From assembly GCA_963797555.1 (NCBI GenBank), contig CAWCPV010000007.1:64001-128000 (forward strand): a DNA stretch of 64,000 nt, read 5' to 3'. The notes under the pieces were generated by a model that was not told the DNA's origin, searched no databases, and saw only the letters and a program-made list of their open reading frames with translations. The DNA is from an uncultured Gammaproteobacteria bacterium (GTDB lineage: Bacteria > Pseudomonadota > Gammaproteobacteria > CAWCPV01). Below, piece by piece: positions 55,301 to 64,000 of this stretch (position 1 is its first letter; the number at the start of each line of letters is the position of its first letter). The translations under genes and the position numbers were made by a program.

Positions 55301-56240
55301 TCCGACGGATGGCAGCGCCAGCGACATCCAGCGCGTCGATCTGCAGCGTGCCATTGGCGGTGGGTTTGGTGAAGGGACCGTGCAACTGCACGTCCAGCGC
55401 CACGGCCTGCCAGGACAGATCCGGCCGCGGCCGCATCGCGGGAGCCGACGCGGTGAGGGTGAGGTCGGCAGCCCGGTGCTCAAGGTCGAGCGTGCCCTGA
55501 GCGGCGGCATGCAGCGGGCCGGCCTCCAGCGCAACCTTCGTATGTACGGCCGAGCGGGGACCGTCGAGAGACGCATCGACCGAGAGCGCGCCCAGCTCGG
55601 GTAGCCTAGCGATACCGGAAATCAGGCCATGCGCCGGCTCCTGCGCGGTCAGGTGCGCGCGCAGCGCAGCCGGGTCCACGCGGCCCCGCAGCCGGTAGTT
55701 CCCCTCTCCATCCAGTCGCCGCACGGAAAGGTCGACATCGCCCTGTCCGAGCGCGGCGAGGTGCGCCGTGCCGTCGATGGCGAGTGCCGCTGCGGTGCCA
55801 GCCACAGGCGCGGCCAGGACCAGCCGGTTCACGCGCAACGCGCGCAAAGCGACGCCGATCGGCAGGGACCGCCTGCCGGTCCGCGGTGCGGAAGGGGCCG
55901 GCAGGCGGTCGACCGCGATCTGCCCCGCCTCCAGCCGGTCGATCTGCGCCACCCCCGCTAACAGGCGGGACGGCGACCAGTCCAACCGTAGGTCATCCAT
56001 CACGAGCCAGGGACCCGCGTGGTCGCGCACCTCGATGCGTCCGGCACGCAGCGAGTCGGGGAAGCGGCCGGCGAGCCCCGTGATGGTCACCTCGCCGCCG
56101 GTGAATTTCGGCACACCCCATTCGATCAACTCGCGTCCGGGCTCGGTATTGGCCGCGATTAGCACCAGTACGGCGAGGAGGATCGGTAGGCCAAGCAGCA
56201 CAGCCGCCGTCCGGACAATCCACCGGGTTCTGCGCCGCAT
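52317..56240 (-). CDS. tamB: Translocation and assembly module TamB
   Basis: N-terminal anchor, long beta-taco repeats, IFVRGRGLD.ELGG, P.LPQDEVLA.LLFG, YEFEY end. Confidence 0.9.
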   Translation of the reverse strand: MRRRTRWIVRTAAVLLGLPILLAVLVLIAANTEPGRELIEWGVPKFTGGEVTITGLAGRFPDSLRAGRIEVRDHAGPWLVMDDLRLDWSPSRLLAGVAQIDRLEAGQIAVDRLPAPSAPRTGRRSLPIGVALRALRVNRLVLAAPVAGTAAALAIDGTAHLAALGQGDVDLSVRRLDGEGNYRLRGRVDPAALRAHLTAQEPAHGLISGIARLPELGALSVDASLDGPRSAVHTKVALEAGPLHAAAQGTLDLEHRAADLTLTASAPAMRPRPDLSWQAVALDVQLHGPFTKPTANGTLQIDALDVAGAAIRRIAAKLQGDTGRVGLHAEVDGLRAPGPQPDLLRGAPLKLQADARLDAPHRPVTFTVKHPLIDVEGKAETAGEIHGEAALTLPDLAPFAAAGGVDVQGNTTLIARAALRGDTTRLEVDGKLGVTGGTAPLPALVGGAAKFGIAVSIARHGQDIALSRLQLDGRTLTLSASGGVTSRVADLKWKVALSDLAAVTPKVSGRFSAQGHIAGPQDDLAVTAVANGEVATKGMPRGPITLKLRARGLPGAPSGELTAQGVLDGSPLELALAAQRSADSVLHVAIRRADWKSAHAEGALTLPKGADLPVGKVDLRLTRLEDLRRLVGRPLSGSVTAALKMTAQNGRQQVHLDLDARNAALDGTASVGHVTLAATVVDPTTHPVTDGRLTLDAISAGGIIGSARLEVAGPGEALHLRLSAAAQNLAGAEARLTSAATLDAPAKNVAVSALQASWKGETLRLLSPVRVGFGAGITLDRLRLGLRKAVLEVAGRAAPTLDLSVALRNVPADLAALFAPGLAADGTLRADARLTGTPARLDGTVKVEAKGLRVGPGRTLPPADLIATAHLSGESAQIDSRLTADSTRLTLTGQTSLNRSGPIALHAEGSAKLAMLDPFLAAGGRRVRGQMTLNADIAGSLSAPRVTGTVQVADGEVQDFAQGAHITHLTALLQVDGDTIRITRLEGRAGPGTITASGTIGVLAPGMPVDLSITARNARPLASDRLTVKLDADLTLRGEAARRLTAAGTLRIHRAEIAIPEHLPTSIAVLNVRTPGAPPPPPATPGPRIALNLTIKAAREIFVRGRGLDTELGGTVRVHGTTANPQPDGSFEMLRGEFRLVGQTLTFSKGVVSFNGGSLTDPSLNFVASATSGNVTATLTVSGTAQKPKITLSSVPDLPQDEVLAHLLFGRGISSLGPLELAQIAAAAASLTGVTSGIGNPLESIRKSLGLSRLSVSGGSGRTGTQATVQIDLAKGLKLESTVGTGSSSGATNSGGSSVGLIYEFEY

Positions 56241-58072
56241 CAGAACGCCTGCCCGATGCCGATGTACAGCTCGAACGCATCGCCGCCGGGCTGTCGGTTC
56301 AGCGGAAGGGCCACGTCCAGCCGGATTGGCCCGATCGAGGTGTAGTAGCGCGCGCCCACGCCGGCGCCCGTAGCCCAAATGCCAGCGAACGGCGGTCCGT
56401 CGGCGGTGACTTGGCCCGTATCGACGAAGACGACGGCACCATACTTGTCCAGGATGCGCTGACGGAACTCCACCGTGCCGGCAACGAGCGCGGTGCCGCC
56501 AACGGGGTTGCCGTCGGGGAACTGCGGCCCAATGGACTGATACTTGTACCCGCGCACCGTGGCGCTGCCGCCAGCGTAGAAGCGCTTGTCGGGCGGCAGG
56601 TCGAACTGGCTGGCGCCTTCCGCATCGCCGATCGTGCCGCGCAACGCCAGCACGCTGCGGCCTGGCTCGCCCAGGTTCAGGTAGGCCGAGCCCGAGAGCT
56701 GCATCAGCAGGAAGGTGGTGGTCCGCGGGCCGGCCAGCGGCTGTGTGGGCGTGACCGACGCAGCCGCGCGGATGCCCTGGGTGGGATCGAGCAGGCTGTT
56801 GGTGCTGTCGTATTTCATCGTCAGCGGCAGGCCAACCAGCGTGTAGTCCTGCGTCACCCCCTGCTGCGTGATCCGTTCCTGCTCGACAGCCAGCCCGAAA
56901 CCGCGGCTCCAGTGTTCGGAGAACTTGCGGTTCAGCAGCACATCGGCGGTGGCGGCGGTCTGGTCGTAGGCGTCCAGGCTCTGCTTGATGGCGCCGAGGT
57001 CCCCCTGTAGCGATTGGTCGCGGTGCCGGAAATCCGGTTTGATGAACGTGGCGGCTGCGTTGTAGCCAATCCCGGTCGTGCTGTTGCCGCCGAGGTCGGT
57101 CACCCCCGTCGTCAGATGCAACTGCTCCCCGTTGCCGAACAGGTTGCGGTGTTGCCAGGAGGCGGAAAAGCTCACACCGAGATCGGTAGAATAAGCCGCG
57201 TCCAGGCTCACCGCTCGCCGTCGGCGCTCTGTCACGTCGAACGTGATCGGCAGGCGCCCGTGCGCGTCCAACTTACGCGCGACGCTGACCCGCACGGACG
57301 AAAAGACGCCGATCGAGGCCAAATCCTGCCGAGCCTTCTCGATGGCGCCAGGGCTGAACTGTTCTCCGCGATGGACCAGCAGGCGGCGGCGTACGAAGGA
57401 CTCGTTCACGTGATCCAACCCCTTCACCGTGATGGGGCCCAGGTTCACGCGCGGGCCGGTATCCACCTTGTAGGTGATGTCGAGGGCGTTGGCGCCGGCC
57501 TCCAGGATGGCCACAGGCGGAGCGACCTTCGCCAGCGCGTAACCCTCGTCCCGCAGGGCATTCAGCAGCCGCTCACGCGCTGCCAGCACCTCGGAAGCGA
57601 CCGCCGCGGCCCCGGGTGCGAGGCCGAGCTTGGCGCGCGCCTCCTCAGGCACCGTCCCCTGAATCCGGACCTTGCGCAGACGAAAGAGCGGTCCCGTCTT
57701 GAGCGAGACTGTCACCTTGACCGGCGGGTCGGCCGGAGCATGATCGAGCAGCTCGGACAGGCCCGGGTCATTGAGCGCCCGGCCGGCGATCCGCACTTCC
57801 GCCTTGCCCTTGTAGTAGCCGAAGCTGTGCAAGGCGGTGACGAAGCGGTTGGCATCCTCCTGTGCGCGCCCCACCAGAGCGAACGGGCCCACCGGGGCCT
57901 GCTGGCGCAGGCTAAGGAGCGTGGACGAGTCACTCAGCGCCTGATCCAGCGCGGTGTGACCCGTCTTGTCGATGGTGACGGCGTAAGGCTGTGGGTCGGC
58001 CGCGCGCGCGGCTGGCGCCGCCAGGGCCATTGCGGCGAGCAAGGCGGCGAACCCGCGGCACCGGCGGGACAT
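56240..58072 (-). CDS. tamA: Omp85-family TamA
   Basis: POTRA domains, RFYAGG.ATVRGY, GPIRLD, YIGIGQAF. Confidence 0.92.
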   Translation of the reverse strand: MSRRCRGFAALLAAMALAAPAARAADPQPYAVTIDKTGHTALDQALSDSSTLLSLRQQAPVGPFALVGRAQEDANRFVTALHSFGYYKGKAEVRIAGRALNDPGLSELLDHAPADPPVKVTVSLKTGPLFRLRKVRIQGTVPEEARAKLGLAPGAAAVASEVLAARERLLNALRDEGYALAKVAPPVAILEAGANALDITYKVDTGPRVNLGPITVKGLDHVNESFVRRRLLVHRGEQFSPGAIEKARQDLASIGVFSSVRVSVARKLDAHGRLPITFDVTERRRRAVSLDAAYSTDLGVSFSASWQHRNLFGNGEQLHLTTGVTDLGGNSTTGIGYNAAATFIKPDFRHRDQSLQGDLGAIKQSLDAYDQTAATADVLLNRKFSEHWSRGFGLAVEQERITQQGVTQDYTLVGLPLTMKYDSTNSLLDPTQGIRAAASVTPTQPLAGPRTTTFLLMQLSGSAYLNLGEPGRSVLALRGTIGDAEGASQFDLPPDKRFYAGGSATVRGYKYQSIGPQFPDGNPVGGTALVAGTVEFRQRILDKYGAVVFVDTGQVTADGPPFAGIWATGAGVGARYYTSIGPIRLDVALPLNRQPGGDAFELYIGIGQAF

Positions 58073-58749
58073 AGACCGGTCAAGGCGTACCCGGGGTGGT
58101 ACACGGTGCGCACCGGTTCGGTCGGCCGTTGCATCCAGGCAAAGAACGGACCCTCCCTGTGTCGCGTTCATAATAATACGCAGGGAATACTGGCGCGTCA
58201 CGGCGTCGGGCAGCCCCGCAAGCCAGTCGCGAACCCTGACAACGTCAGCCGTTGATGGCTCCCTGCTCTCCATGGTCCTCCTCTCGGCTCCACTGGCCCC
58301 ATCCGTCAAGCCTAGAGCCCGACCGGGGGATTTGGCAACAACGCCGGTTCGATCCGCGTGCGAGGGCGCAGACCTCTTGCAGAAGAGAGATGGGCCGGTG
58401 GCGCTGCCATCGAAAAGTCACTCGCGCGAACTTGAATCCGCTCTTGCGTGAGCTGACCGCCCCGCAGACGTTGCGTCGCATGGCGCGGGGGCGCTCTCAT
58501 ACGTCGCCAAATGTTCGGGCTAGAGCGGCGCGAAGTCGGTCTGGAACGTTTCCAAGATGTTGCCCTCAAAGGAGAAATCTGCTCCTCGTCCTCGGCGGGG
58601 CGGGTTACCATGGGGGGTGGAATGGTCGCCGAGAGCCGCAGACCGCGCATCTTCTTGGGGCCTCCGGCACCCACGACCCCCTGGTCGCGCGTCCGGGTAA
58701 AGCGGCCCGTCAAGCCGAGTGACCCGTGCCAAACATGCGGGAATGAGAG

Positions 58750-59676
58750 ATGATCGATGCAGATGAGCGCCTGTCGGCCTCGGCATCTCTGAACACCGTT
58801 CGCGACTTCATCCGTTGGGGCGCCAGTCTGTTCAACCAGTCCCGGCTCCACTTCGGCCACGGGACGGATAATGCCGTGGACGAGGCGGCCTATCTGGCGG
58901 CTCATGCCCTGTACCTATCGCCGGTCATACCCGACCATCTGTTGGACGCGCGGCTGCTCGACCACGAGAAGACCCGCCTCGCCGGGCTATTCCTCAGACG
59001 CGTGGACGAGCGCGTCCCGGCTGCTTACCTGACCCACGAGGCGTGGTTTGCCGGGCTGTGTTTCTACGTGGATGAACGGGTGCTGGTGCCGCGTTCGCCT
59101 ATCGCGGAGCTGATCGAGCGTGGCTTCGGGCCATGGACGGACGGGCTGGACGTGCGCCGCATCCTCGACGTGGGCACCGGCAGCGGCTGCATCGCCATCG
59201 CATGTGCTCACGCGTTCCCCGCGGCGGTGGTGGATGCAGTGGACATCTCGGCCAGCGCCATCGAGGTCGCGCTCATGAATGTCGAACGCCACGGCCTGCG
59301 CCGCAGGGTGAGGCCCATTACCTCGGACCTGTTCGCTGCCCTGCAGGGGCAATGCTATGATCTGATTGTCAGTAATCCTCCCTACGTTGCGGTTTCCGTC
59401 GTCGAGGATCTTCCCGCAGAATACCGGCACGAGCCCGACGTGGCATTCAATGCAGGGGAGGAGGGACTGGATTACGTAATACGCCTGCTGCGGGAGGCCC
59501 CCGATTACCTCAAGCCCGACGGACTCCTGGTGGTCGAGGTGGGCGCTGGCGCCGAGACCCTGAGTCGGCGATTTCCGCACGTACCGTTCACTTGGGTCGA
59601 GATCGAACGCGGCGGCGAGGGGGTATTTCTGCTGAGCGCTAACGACTTGTTCACTCATCGGCCGCTGTTTTCCTAG
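58750..59676 (+). CDS. prmB: Ribosomal protein L3 glutamine methyltransferase
   Basis: FGHGTDNA, DERVLVPRSPIAELI, DVGTGSG, NPPY. Confidence 0.95.
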   Translation: MIDADERLSASASLNTVRDFIRWGASLFNQSRLHFGHGTDNAVDEAAYLAAHALYLSPVIPDHLLDARLLDHEKTRLAGLFLRRVDERVPAAYLTHEAWFAGLCFYVDERVLVPRSPIAELIERGFGPWTDGLDVRRILDVGTGSGCIAIACAHAFPAAVVDAVDISASAIEVALMNVERHGLRRRVRPITSDLFAALQGQCYDLIVSNPPYVAVSVVEDLPAEYRHEPDVAFNAGEEGLDYVIRLLREAPDYLKPDGLLVVEVGAGAETLSRRFPHVPFTWVEIERGGEGVFLLSANDLFTHRPLFS

Positions 59677-59685
59677 GGGGTCACT

Positions 59686-60003
59686 GTGCGCCCGCCCGAG
59701 ACAATGGAGGAGTATCAGGACCTGGTGGAGCAGGCGCTGATGGAGGTCGAAGACCTGCGCCGTAGTGCAGAATACGACGAGGGCGAGGAGTGGGGTGAGG
59801 TGTTCGGTTTCCTGGATCCCCTGGAGACGGAGCTGCGGAAGGTGCAACAGTCGATGCTGAATGGCACCTACGAGTTCCGGGACGAGGATCTGCCGTTCAT
59901 GCGCGCCGTCAGCGGCGTGGACCCATTCATGCTGCCGTTCAAGACCCTCTTGGAGACGATCAACCTGACGCACCGCCGGGGCCTTCCGGATGCCGGCCGG
60001 TGA
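59686..60003 (+). CDS. Conserved acidic hypothetical protein
   Basis: 105 aa between prmB and hemN in the same orientation; YEF..EDLPFM, INLTHRRG. Confidence 0.8.
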   Translation: MRPPETMEEYQDLVEQALMEVEDLRRSAEYDEGEEWGEVFGFLDPLETELRKVQQSMLNGTYEFRDEDLPFMRAVSGVDPFMLPFKTLLETINLTHRRGLPDAGR

Positions 60004-60010
60004 GGGAAAT

Positions 60011-61399
60011 ATGGATCAGGGGCTGACCTTCGACGCGGAGCTGATTCGCCGTTACGACAAGGCCGGCCCGCGCTATACGTCGTATCCCACTGCCGTTCAG
60101 TTCCATCAGGGCTTCGGGGAGGCGGCCTATCGGGCGTGGACGGTACGGACCAACGAGGAGGCCGTACTGCGCCCCCTGTCGTTGTATTTTCACCTCCCGT
60201 TCTGCGACACCGTCTGCTATTACTGTGCATGCAACAAGGTGGTCACCAAGGACCGCTCCCGTTCCGGTCCTTATGTCGAGCGTCTCTGCCGGGAGACCGC
60301 CTTGCAGGGCTCGTTGTTCGACCGCTCGCGTTCCGTGGACCAGCTCCACTGGGGAGGCGGTACGCCCACCTTCATCAGCCACGAGGAGATGCGCAGTATC
60401 GTGGCGGTCACGCGGGCGCACTTCAGCCTGCGGGACGACGACACTGGGGAGTATTCCGTGGAGATCGACCCGCGGGAGGTCCGCCCCGACACCTTGGCGC
60501 TGCTGCGCGAGCTGGGGTTCAATCGCGTCAGTCTAGGTGTGCAGGACTTCGACCCTCAGGTGCAGAAGGCCGTCAATCGTCTTCAGTCCGAGGGGCAGAC
60601 GCTCCAGGTCTTGGAGGAGGTGCGCCGCCTGGGCTATCGTTCGGTGAACGTGGATCTCATCTATGGTCTGCCGTTCCAGAGTGTCCGCAGCTTCGGCCGC
60701 ACCCTGGACAAGGTCATAGCCGCATCGCCGGATCGGTTGTCAATCTTCAACTATGCCCATTTGCCAGAGATGTTCAAACCCCAGCGGCGTATTTCTCCCG
60801 AAGACCTCCCAGCGCCCGCCGAAAAACTGGGCATCCTGCAGATGACCATCGAGCGGATGACCGACGCCGGTTACGTCTACATCGGCATGGATCACTTCGC
60901 GAGGCCTGGCGATGAGCTGGCCGTTGCCCAGCGGGAGGGGAAGCTGCACCGCAACTTCCAGGGTTACTCCACACACGCCGACTGCGACCTCGTGGGGATG
61001 GGCGTGACTGCCATCGGCAAGGTGGCCGATGCGTATAGCCAGAACGTCAAGGACCTAGAGACTTACTACCGGCGATTGGACGAGCAGCAACTCCCTGTGC
61101 TCCGGGGTGTCGAGCTCGGCCCGGACGATCGGCTGCGCCGGGAGGTCATCACCCAGCTCATCTGTCATTGGCGCGCGGATATTCCCGAGATCGAAAGGCG
61201 TCATGGTATCGTGTTCGGCGAGTACTTCGCAGAGGAGCTGTCGGATCTGGTGCAGCTGCAGGACGACGGTCTCATCGCACTCTCGGGCGACCAGATTCGG
61301 GTACTTCCGGTCGGCAAGCTGCTGATCAGGAATGTCTGTATGGTCTTCGACCGCTATCTGCGCAAGCAGGCGGAGCAGCGGTTCTCGCGGGTCATCTGA
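60011..61399 (+). CDS. hemN: Oxygen-independent coproporphyrinogen III oxidase
   Basis: GPRYTSYPTA, CDTVCYYCAC, GGGTP, RNFQGYST. Confidence 0.97.
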   Translation: MDQGLTFDAELIRRYDKAGPRYTSYPTAVQFHQGFGEAAYRAWTVRTNEEAVLRPLSLYFHLPFCDTVCYYCACNKVVTKDRSRSGPYVERLCRETALQGSLFDRSRSVDQLHWGGGTPTFISHEEMRSIVAVTRAHFSLRDDDTGEYSVEIDPREVRPDTLALLRELGFNRVSLGVQDFDPQVQKAVNRLQSEGQTLQVLEEVRRLGYRSVNVDLIYGLPFQSVRSFGRTLDKVIAASPDRLSIFNYAHLPEMFKPQRRISPEDLPAPAEKLGILQMTIERMTDAGYVYIGMDHFARPGDELAVAQREGKLHRNFQGYSTHADCDLVGMGVTAIGKVADAYSQNVKDLETYYRRLDEQQLPVLRGVELGPDDRLRREVITQLICHWRADIPEIERRHGIVFGEYFAEELSDLVQLQDDGLIALSGDQIRVLPVGKLLIRNVCMVFDRYLRKQAEQRFSRVI

Positions 61400-61427
61400 T
61401 GCCGTAGGCGGCGATCGCCGCAACATG

Positions 61428-62288
61428 TCAGTGCAGGGCGTTGAACATCCTCGTGCGGTAGCGGCTCACCAAGTCCCCCTTCCCGCCGACAACGTCGAAG
61501 GCGGCAAGCATGGCTTCCCGCGCCTGCTCCCGTTCCGATGGCTCACCACGCAACAGTTCCAGCAACAGATCGAGTGCCCCCTCGTAGTCTCCGGCGAGCA
61601 TTCGGCGGGCGCTGAGTCGATAGCGCAGATGGTGGTCGTCGGGTGATCGCTTGAACTGCGACTCGAGCTGCGCCAGAGCTGGGGCCGCTTGTGCCGTCCG
61701 GGCGAAGGACAGGAGCCCTAGCACCCCCCTGACCTCCGGCCCGTCGCGGGATTCGCGGGGCAAACGCTGAAGCACCTCCTCCGCGTCGTCGTATCGTTCT
61801 TCCGAAATCAGTATCCTGGCAAGATCCGCGGTCGCGCCCGGATTCTGCGGGTCGACTTGGCATGCGTGCTCCAGGAGCCTCCGGGCCTTCGGGAGTTCCC
61901 CCCTCTCCAGGGCGTCGGCGGCCGCTGCACGGAGATGATCCGACTCTCGTGGAATGTGTCGATCCAGGAGCTGTTTGATGACGTGCTCCGGCTGAGCCCC
62001 CATGAATTGCTCCACTACGCTGCCGTTCTTGATCAGCAGGACTGTCGGGAGGCTGCGAACGCTATAACGGCGCGCCAGCTCTTGCTCCTCGTCGGTATTG
62101 ACCTTGGCCAGCAGGAATTTCCCCCGGTAATCGCTCGCCAGCTTGGCCAGGATAGGCATCAGCACTTGGCAGGGGGCGCACCACGCCGCCCAGAAGTCGA
62201 CCAGTACGGGTAGACGCTTGGACTCTTCAAGGACCAGCGTCTCGAACGAATCCCCGCGGGCTTCGCGGATGTGGGGAGAATCAGCCAT
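61428..62288 (-). CDS. cnoX: Thioredoxin-TPR chaperedoxin (YbbN/CnoX)
   Basis: DFWAAWCAPC plus TPR C-terminal domain. Confidence 0.9.
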   Translation of the reverse strand: MADSPHIREARGDSFETLVLEESKRLPVLVDFWAAWCAPCQVLMPILAKLASDYRGKFLLAKVNTDEEQELARRYSVRSLPTVLLIKNGSVVEQFMGAQPEHVIKQLLDRHIPRESDHLRAAAADALERGELPKARRLLEHACQVDPQNPGATADLARILISEERYDDAEEVLQRLPRESRDGPEVRGVLGLLSFARTAQAAPALAQLESQFKRSPDDHHLRYRLSARRMLAGDYEGALDLLLELLRGEPSEREQAREAMLAAFDVVGGKGDLVSRYRTRMFNALH

Positions 62289-62460
62289 GCTGCGCGTCTC
62301 CGGGACAGGAAGGTTGTCGACCCTGGTGCGAATGGTGGGGGCTCGGGCTACGCAGATCAAGGCTCAGAGCTTGTGGAGAAGTCGTCGAGTGCGGTCCCAG
62401 AACAGGTCGCCCGGAGCGCAGCGACGAGACCCATCCAGCAGATAGACCAGGAGCGACCCG

Positions 62461-62528
62461 ATGGCAGGACAGCCATTTGGCACGTCCGCGGGACGCCCCG
62501 AAGGGGTGGCGTACAGGGAAGTACGCCA
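62461..62528. repeat. Four-hairpin intergenic element
   Basis: Minus: TGGCGTAC/GTACGCCA, CCCC-TTC-GGGG, CGTCC/GGACG, ATGGC/GCCAT stems nearly back to back. Confidence 0.6.
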
Positions 62529-62582
62529 TGAACACCGCGTAACGCCGCCATCGCGACGCGCAGCAGGTTTAGTCACAAGCTC

Positions 62583-63927
62583 TCAGGACCTGGTCAGACG
62601 GTCCTCCAGGTAGCGGACATCCACCCCTCCGGCCTGAAAGCCCGCGTCCTCGAAAATGTCTTGGTGGAGTGCAATGTTGGTCTTGATACCCTCGATGACC
62701 AGCTCACTGAGGGCGGTGCGCATGCGCGCAAGAGCGGCGACCCGCGTGTCGCCGTGCGCAATGACCTTGCCTAGCATGGAGTCGTAATAGGGGGGGACCA
62801 CGTAGCCGCTATAGATATAGGCGTCGACGCGGATGCCCGGCCCGCCAGGTGCATGAAACAGCTTGATGAGCCCCGGTGAGGGGGCAAAGGTCCATGGGTC
62901 TTCGGCATTGATGCGACATTCGACGGCGTGACCCCGCAGCACAATATCCTTCTGGCGATAGGATAGCTCCTGACCCGAAGCGATGAGGAGCTGTTCACGC
63001 ACGATATCCACCCCGGTGACCATCTCCGTCACCGGGTGCTCGACCTGGATACGGGTGTTCATCTCGATGAAATAGAACTGACCATCGGCGTACAGAAATT
63101 CGAAGGTGCCCGCGCTACGGTAGCCTATCTCTCGACATGCCTGCACGCAGCGCTCACCGATGCGGTGACGCTGCCGCTCCGTGATCCCCGGCGCCGGTGC
63201 CTCCTCCACGACCTTCTGGTGACGACGCTGCATCGAGCAGTCCCGCTCCCCGAGAATGGATGCCGTGTCCGTGCTGGTCCGCGAGGACCTGGACCTCGAT
63301 ATGTCGAGGGTTTTCCAGGAACTTCTCCAGGTAGAGCGTGCCGTTGCCGAAGGCGGCCATGGCCTCGGCCTGAGTCAGTGCGATGGCGTTCGGCAGGGCC
63401 GCTTCGTTGTGCACGACCCGCATGCCGCGTCCTCCTCCTCCGCCCGCCGCCTTGATGATCACCGGATAGCCGATCTCTCGCGCCACATGACGATTCTCAT
63501 CGGGGTCCTCCCCCAGGGGGCCATCCGACCCCGGCAAACAAGGGACGCCCGCGCGCTGCATGGCCCGCTTCGCTGAGATCTTGTCCCCCATCAGCTCGAT
63601 GGTTTCCGGTCGCGGTCCGATGAAGACGAAGCCGCTCTGTTCGACTCGCTCGGCAAAATCGGTGTTCTCGGAGAGAAAACCGTAGCCGGGGTGGATGGCG
63701 ACGGCATCCGAAACCTCGGCGGCGCTGATGACGGCGGGAACGTTGAGGTAGCTGTCGCGGGAATGCGGCGGGCCAATGCAGACCGATTCATCGGCGAGGC
63801 GCACGTGGATGAGGTCGCGATCCGCCGTGGAGTGCACGGCGACCGTCTTGATGCCCAATTCCCGACAGGCTCGCAGCACGCGCAGGGCGATCTCCCCGCG
63901 GTTGGCGATGACGACCTTTTCCAGCAT
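62583..63927 (-). CDS. accC: Biotin carboxylase, single frameshift near 63255
   Basis: [42 protein letters not shown]. Confidence 0.95.
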
Positions 63928-64000
63928 TTACTGGATCACGAATAATGGCTGGCCGTACTCGACGGGCTGACCGTTCTCCACCAGAATCGCTGCCACCACG
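63928..64000 (-). CDS. accB: Biotin carboxyl carrier protein, C-terminal end
   Basis: VVAAILVENGQPVEYGQPLFVIQ*, abutting the accC start. Confidence 0.9.
   Translation of the reverse strand, partial: VVAAILVENGQPVEYGQPLFVIQ

Noticed and set aside
58250-58740. Smr-domain gene divergent from prmB
   Set aside because: No DLHG or HGKG motif recognised; ORFs look non-coding.
63240-63265. Programmed frameshift or true pseudogene in accC
   Set aside because: One extra base with no slippery site in an essential gene; sequencing error is more likely.

Overview
GC-rich gammaproteobacterial chromosome segment (Chromatiales-like gene content; inference). The left end carries a partial putA, a few membrane/redox genes, a solo groEL and a DnaA-box-like cluster. 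The right end (44.4-64 kb) is housekeeping: surE, a decayed yqaA, nlpD, rpoS, alaC, hom, thrC, tamAB, prmB, hemN, cnoX, accC and accB. Between them (about 8.4-44 kb) is a large accessory island downstream of a sigma54-type pilA. It looks like a pilus/surface glycosylation locus: a TfpW/TMTC-like transferase, three paralogous GT-C-type membrane proteins, a TMTC-TPR protein, GT2/GT4 enzymes, a flippase, a sugar aminotransferase, an acyltransferase, methyltransferases and an MBOAT/SGNH pair. Interleaved with these are toxin-antitoxin pairs, four Uma2 nucleases, DUF1640 genes and many gene remnants. Three structures stand out: (i) a REP-flanked RAYT transposase gene split in frame by a 645-bp TA module with integron-cassette-like ends, (ii) a repeated [DUF1640]-promoter-[Uma2] unit with different cargo between copies, and (iii) the expanded GT-C set behind pilA. 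Many genes are frameshifted, including accC and pilA, so sequencing indels are likely and pseudogene calls are provisional. All family assignments come from motif recognition by eye; no searches were run.
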